Below, piece after piece: positions 63,197-64,000 of a stretch of 64,000 bases of DNA. The notes under the pieces are model-generated. The model was not told where the DNA came from. It did no database searches and saw only the letters and a program-made list of their open reading frames with translations. Position 1 is the stretch's first letter. Every line of letters begins with the position of its first letter. The stretch spans positions 1-64,000 of the forward strand of contig VJWM01000258.1 of the NCBI GenBank assembly GCA_010909165.1, given 5' to 3'. A program made the position numbers and the translations under genes. This DNA comes from Anthoceros angustus (lineage: Eukaryota > Plantae > Anthocerotophyta).

Positions 63197-63990
63197 TTAT
63201 TTTGCTTTACTTAGAAATGAATCCATGAAAGGAAGCCCGATTCTAGACAGCGGGGGAAGCACATGGGAGGGACAGTTGAACAGGTCGCCCCATGGCCTGT
63301 TGCCTCCGATCCTCGACACTTCTGCCGTTTCTAAGCGGGCCCTGGGCTTCACCGACTTACCATACATGGCTGTTAAGGCGGAGTTATCTTCATCTTCCGG
63401 CAGCTTCTCTGTCATGGGCGTGTCCTCTGCTTCGATGCTATCTGGCCGCAGAGGGTCCAAGACTACAAACTCCCTCGTTGCAGTGGAGACCAGAAGTTTG
63501 CTTCCCAATCCAGACTCTCCGTTTTGCTGGCTATCTGCCGCTGGCAATAGATGGGGTGGCAGAAAGGCTAAACTCCCTCCTTGAGCCTGCAGGAAAACAA
63601 GGAGACCATCAGCATGATTGCGCCGTGGCGTGGTCAGGAGACGCTTGACAAGTCATCAGCATAACAGGACAGAATGCTCACATTGCGGACGTTCCACACA
63701 GCTACTGGCGAGATTCGTTCCACATTGAAGACAGCTACGACACTGCTGCTGGATGAATCCACGCCACCAGCGGTACTCGGAGGTGAAAGAATCACCGCAA
63801 ACTGTGGGCTGCTTGGGTCCACAGCAAGAGCTGCAAAAAGGAGGCGTTAGCTGGTGCCATCACAGGCCGTAGGCATCCAAGGTTGGCAAGCAAGCTCGGG
63901 ATTTACCTTCCGCCCTGAGACCAATTCTCAGCTGTAACCTAACTGTTTCTAAGTTCCAGACAAGTATCTCCCCCTCCGTTCCATTTGTAA
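63197..63990 (-). CDS. 3' exons of a WDR75/UTP17-like WD-repeat protein (continues beyond window)
   Basis: RPWGDLFNCPSHVLPPLSRIGLPFMDSFLSK resembles the recalled WDR75 C-terminal motif; upstream exon VVAVFNVERISPVAVWNV. Confidence 0.55.
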
Positions 63991-64000
63991 GGGCAACCAC

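Overview
Plant nuclear DNA from a lineage with flagellated sperm. The evidence is a SPEF2/CPC1-type axonemal gene; short introns and tight gene spacing suggest a Selaginella-like lycophyte, which is inference. The sequence is indel-noisy: conserved genes are frameshifted and many local duplicates differ mainly by indels, so frameshifts alone are not taken as evidence of pseudogenisation. From left to right: a Ty3/gypsy LTR; a full-length CDC48 gene (-); an intronless STP hexose transporter (+); a 16-kb nest of Athila-like non-autonomous retroelements (gag-only, and gag-protease plus env-like ORF2 with an 11-aa repeat; tRNA-Asp PBS); three tandem composite units carrying a CDC48 Walker A fragment; a complete Ty1/copia element with a GGAGG target-site duplication inserted in the Walker A of a second, dead CDC48 copy; an 11-kb SPEF2 gene (+); an unusual histidine-loaded serpin (+); a 9-kb scrambled region that reduces to one organellar SSB gene plus one APCB1/ASP1-like aspartic protease gene; and the 3' end of a WDR75/UTP17-like gene. 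The best candidates for new biology are the His-rich serpin and a conserved LTR U5 block complementary to the 5' end of the primer tRNA-Asp.
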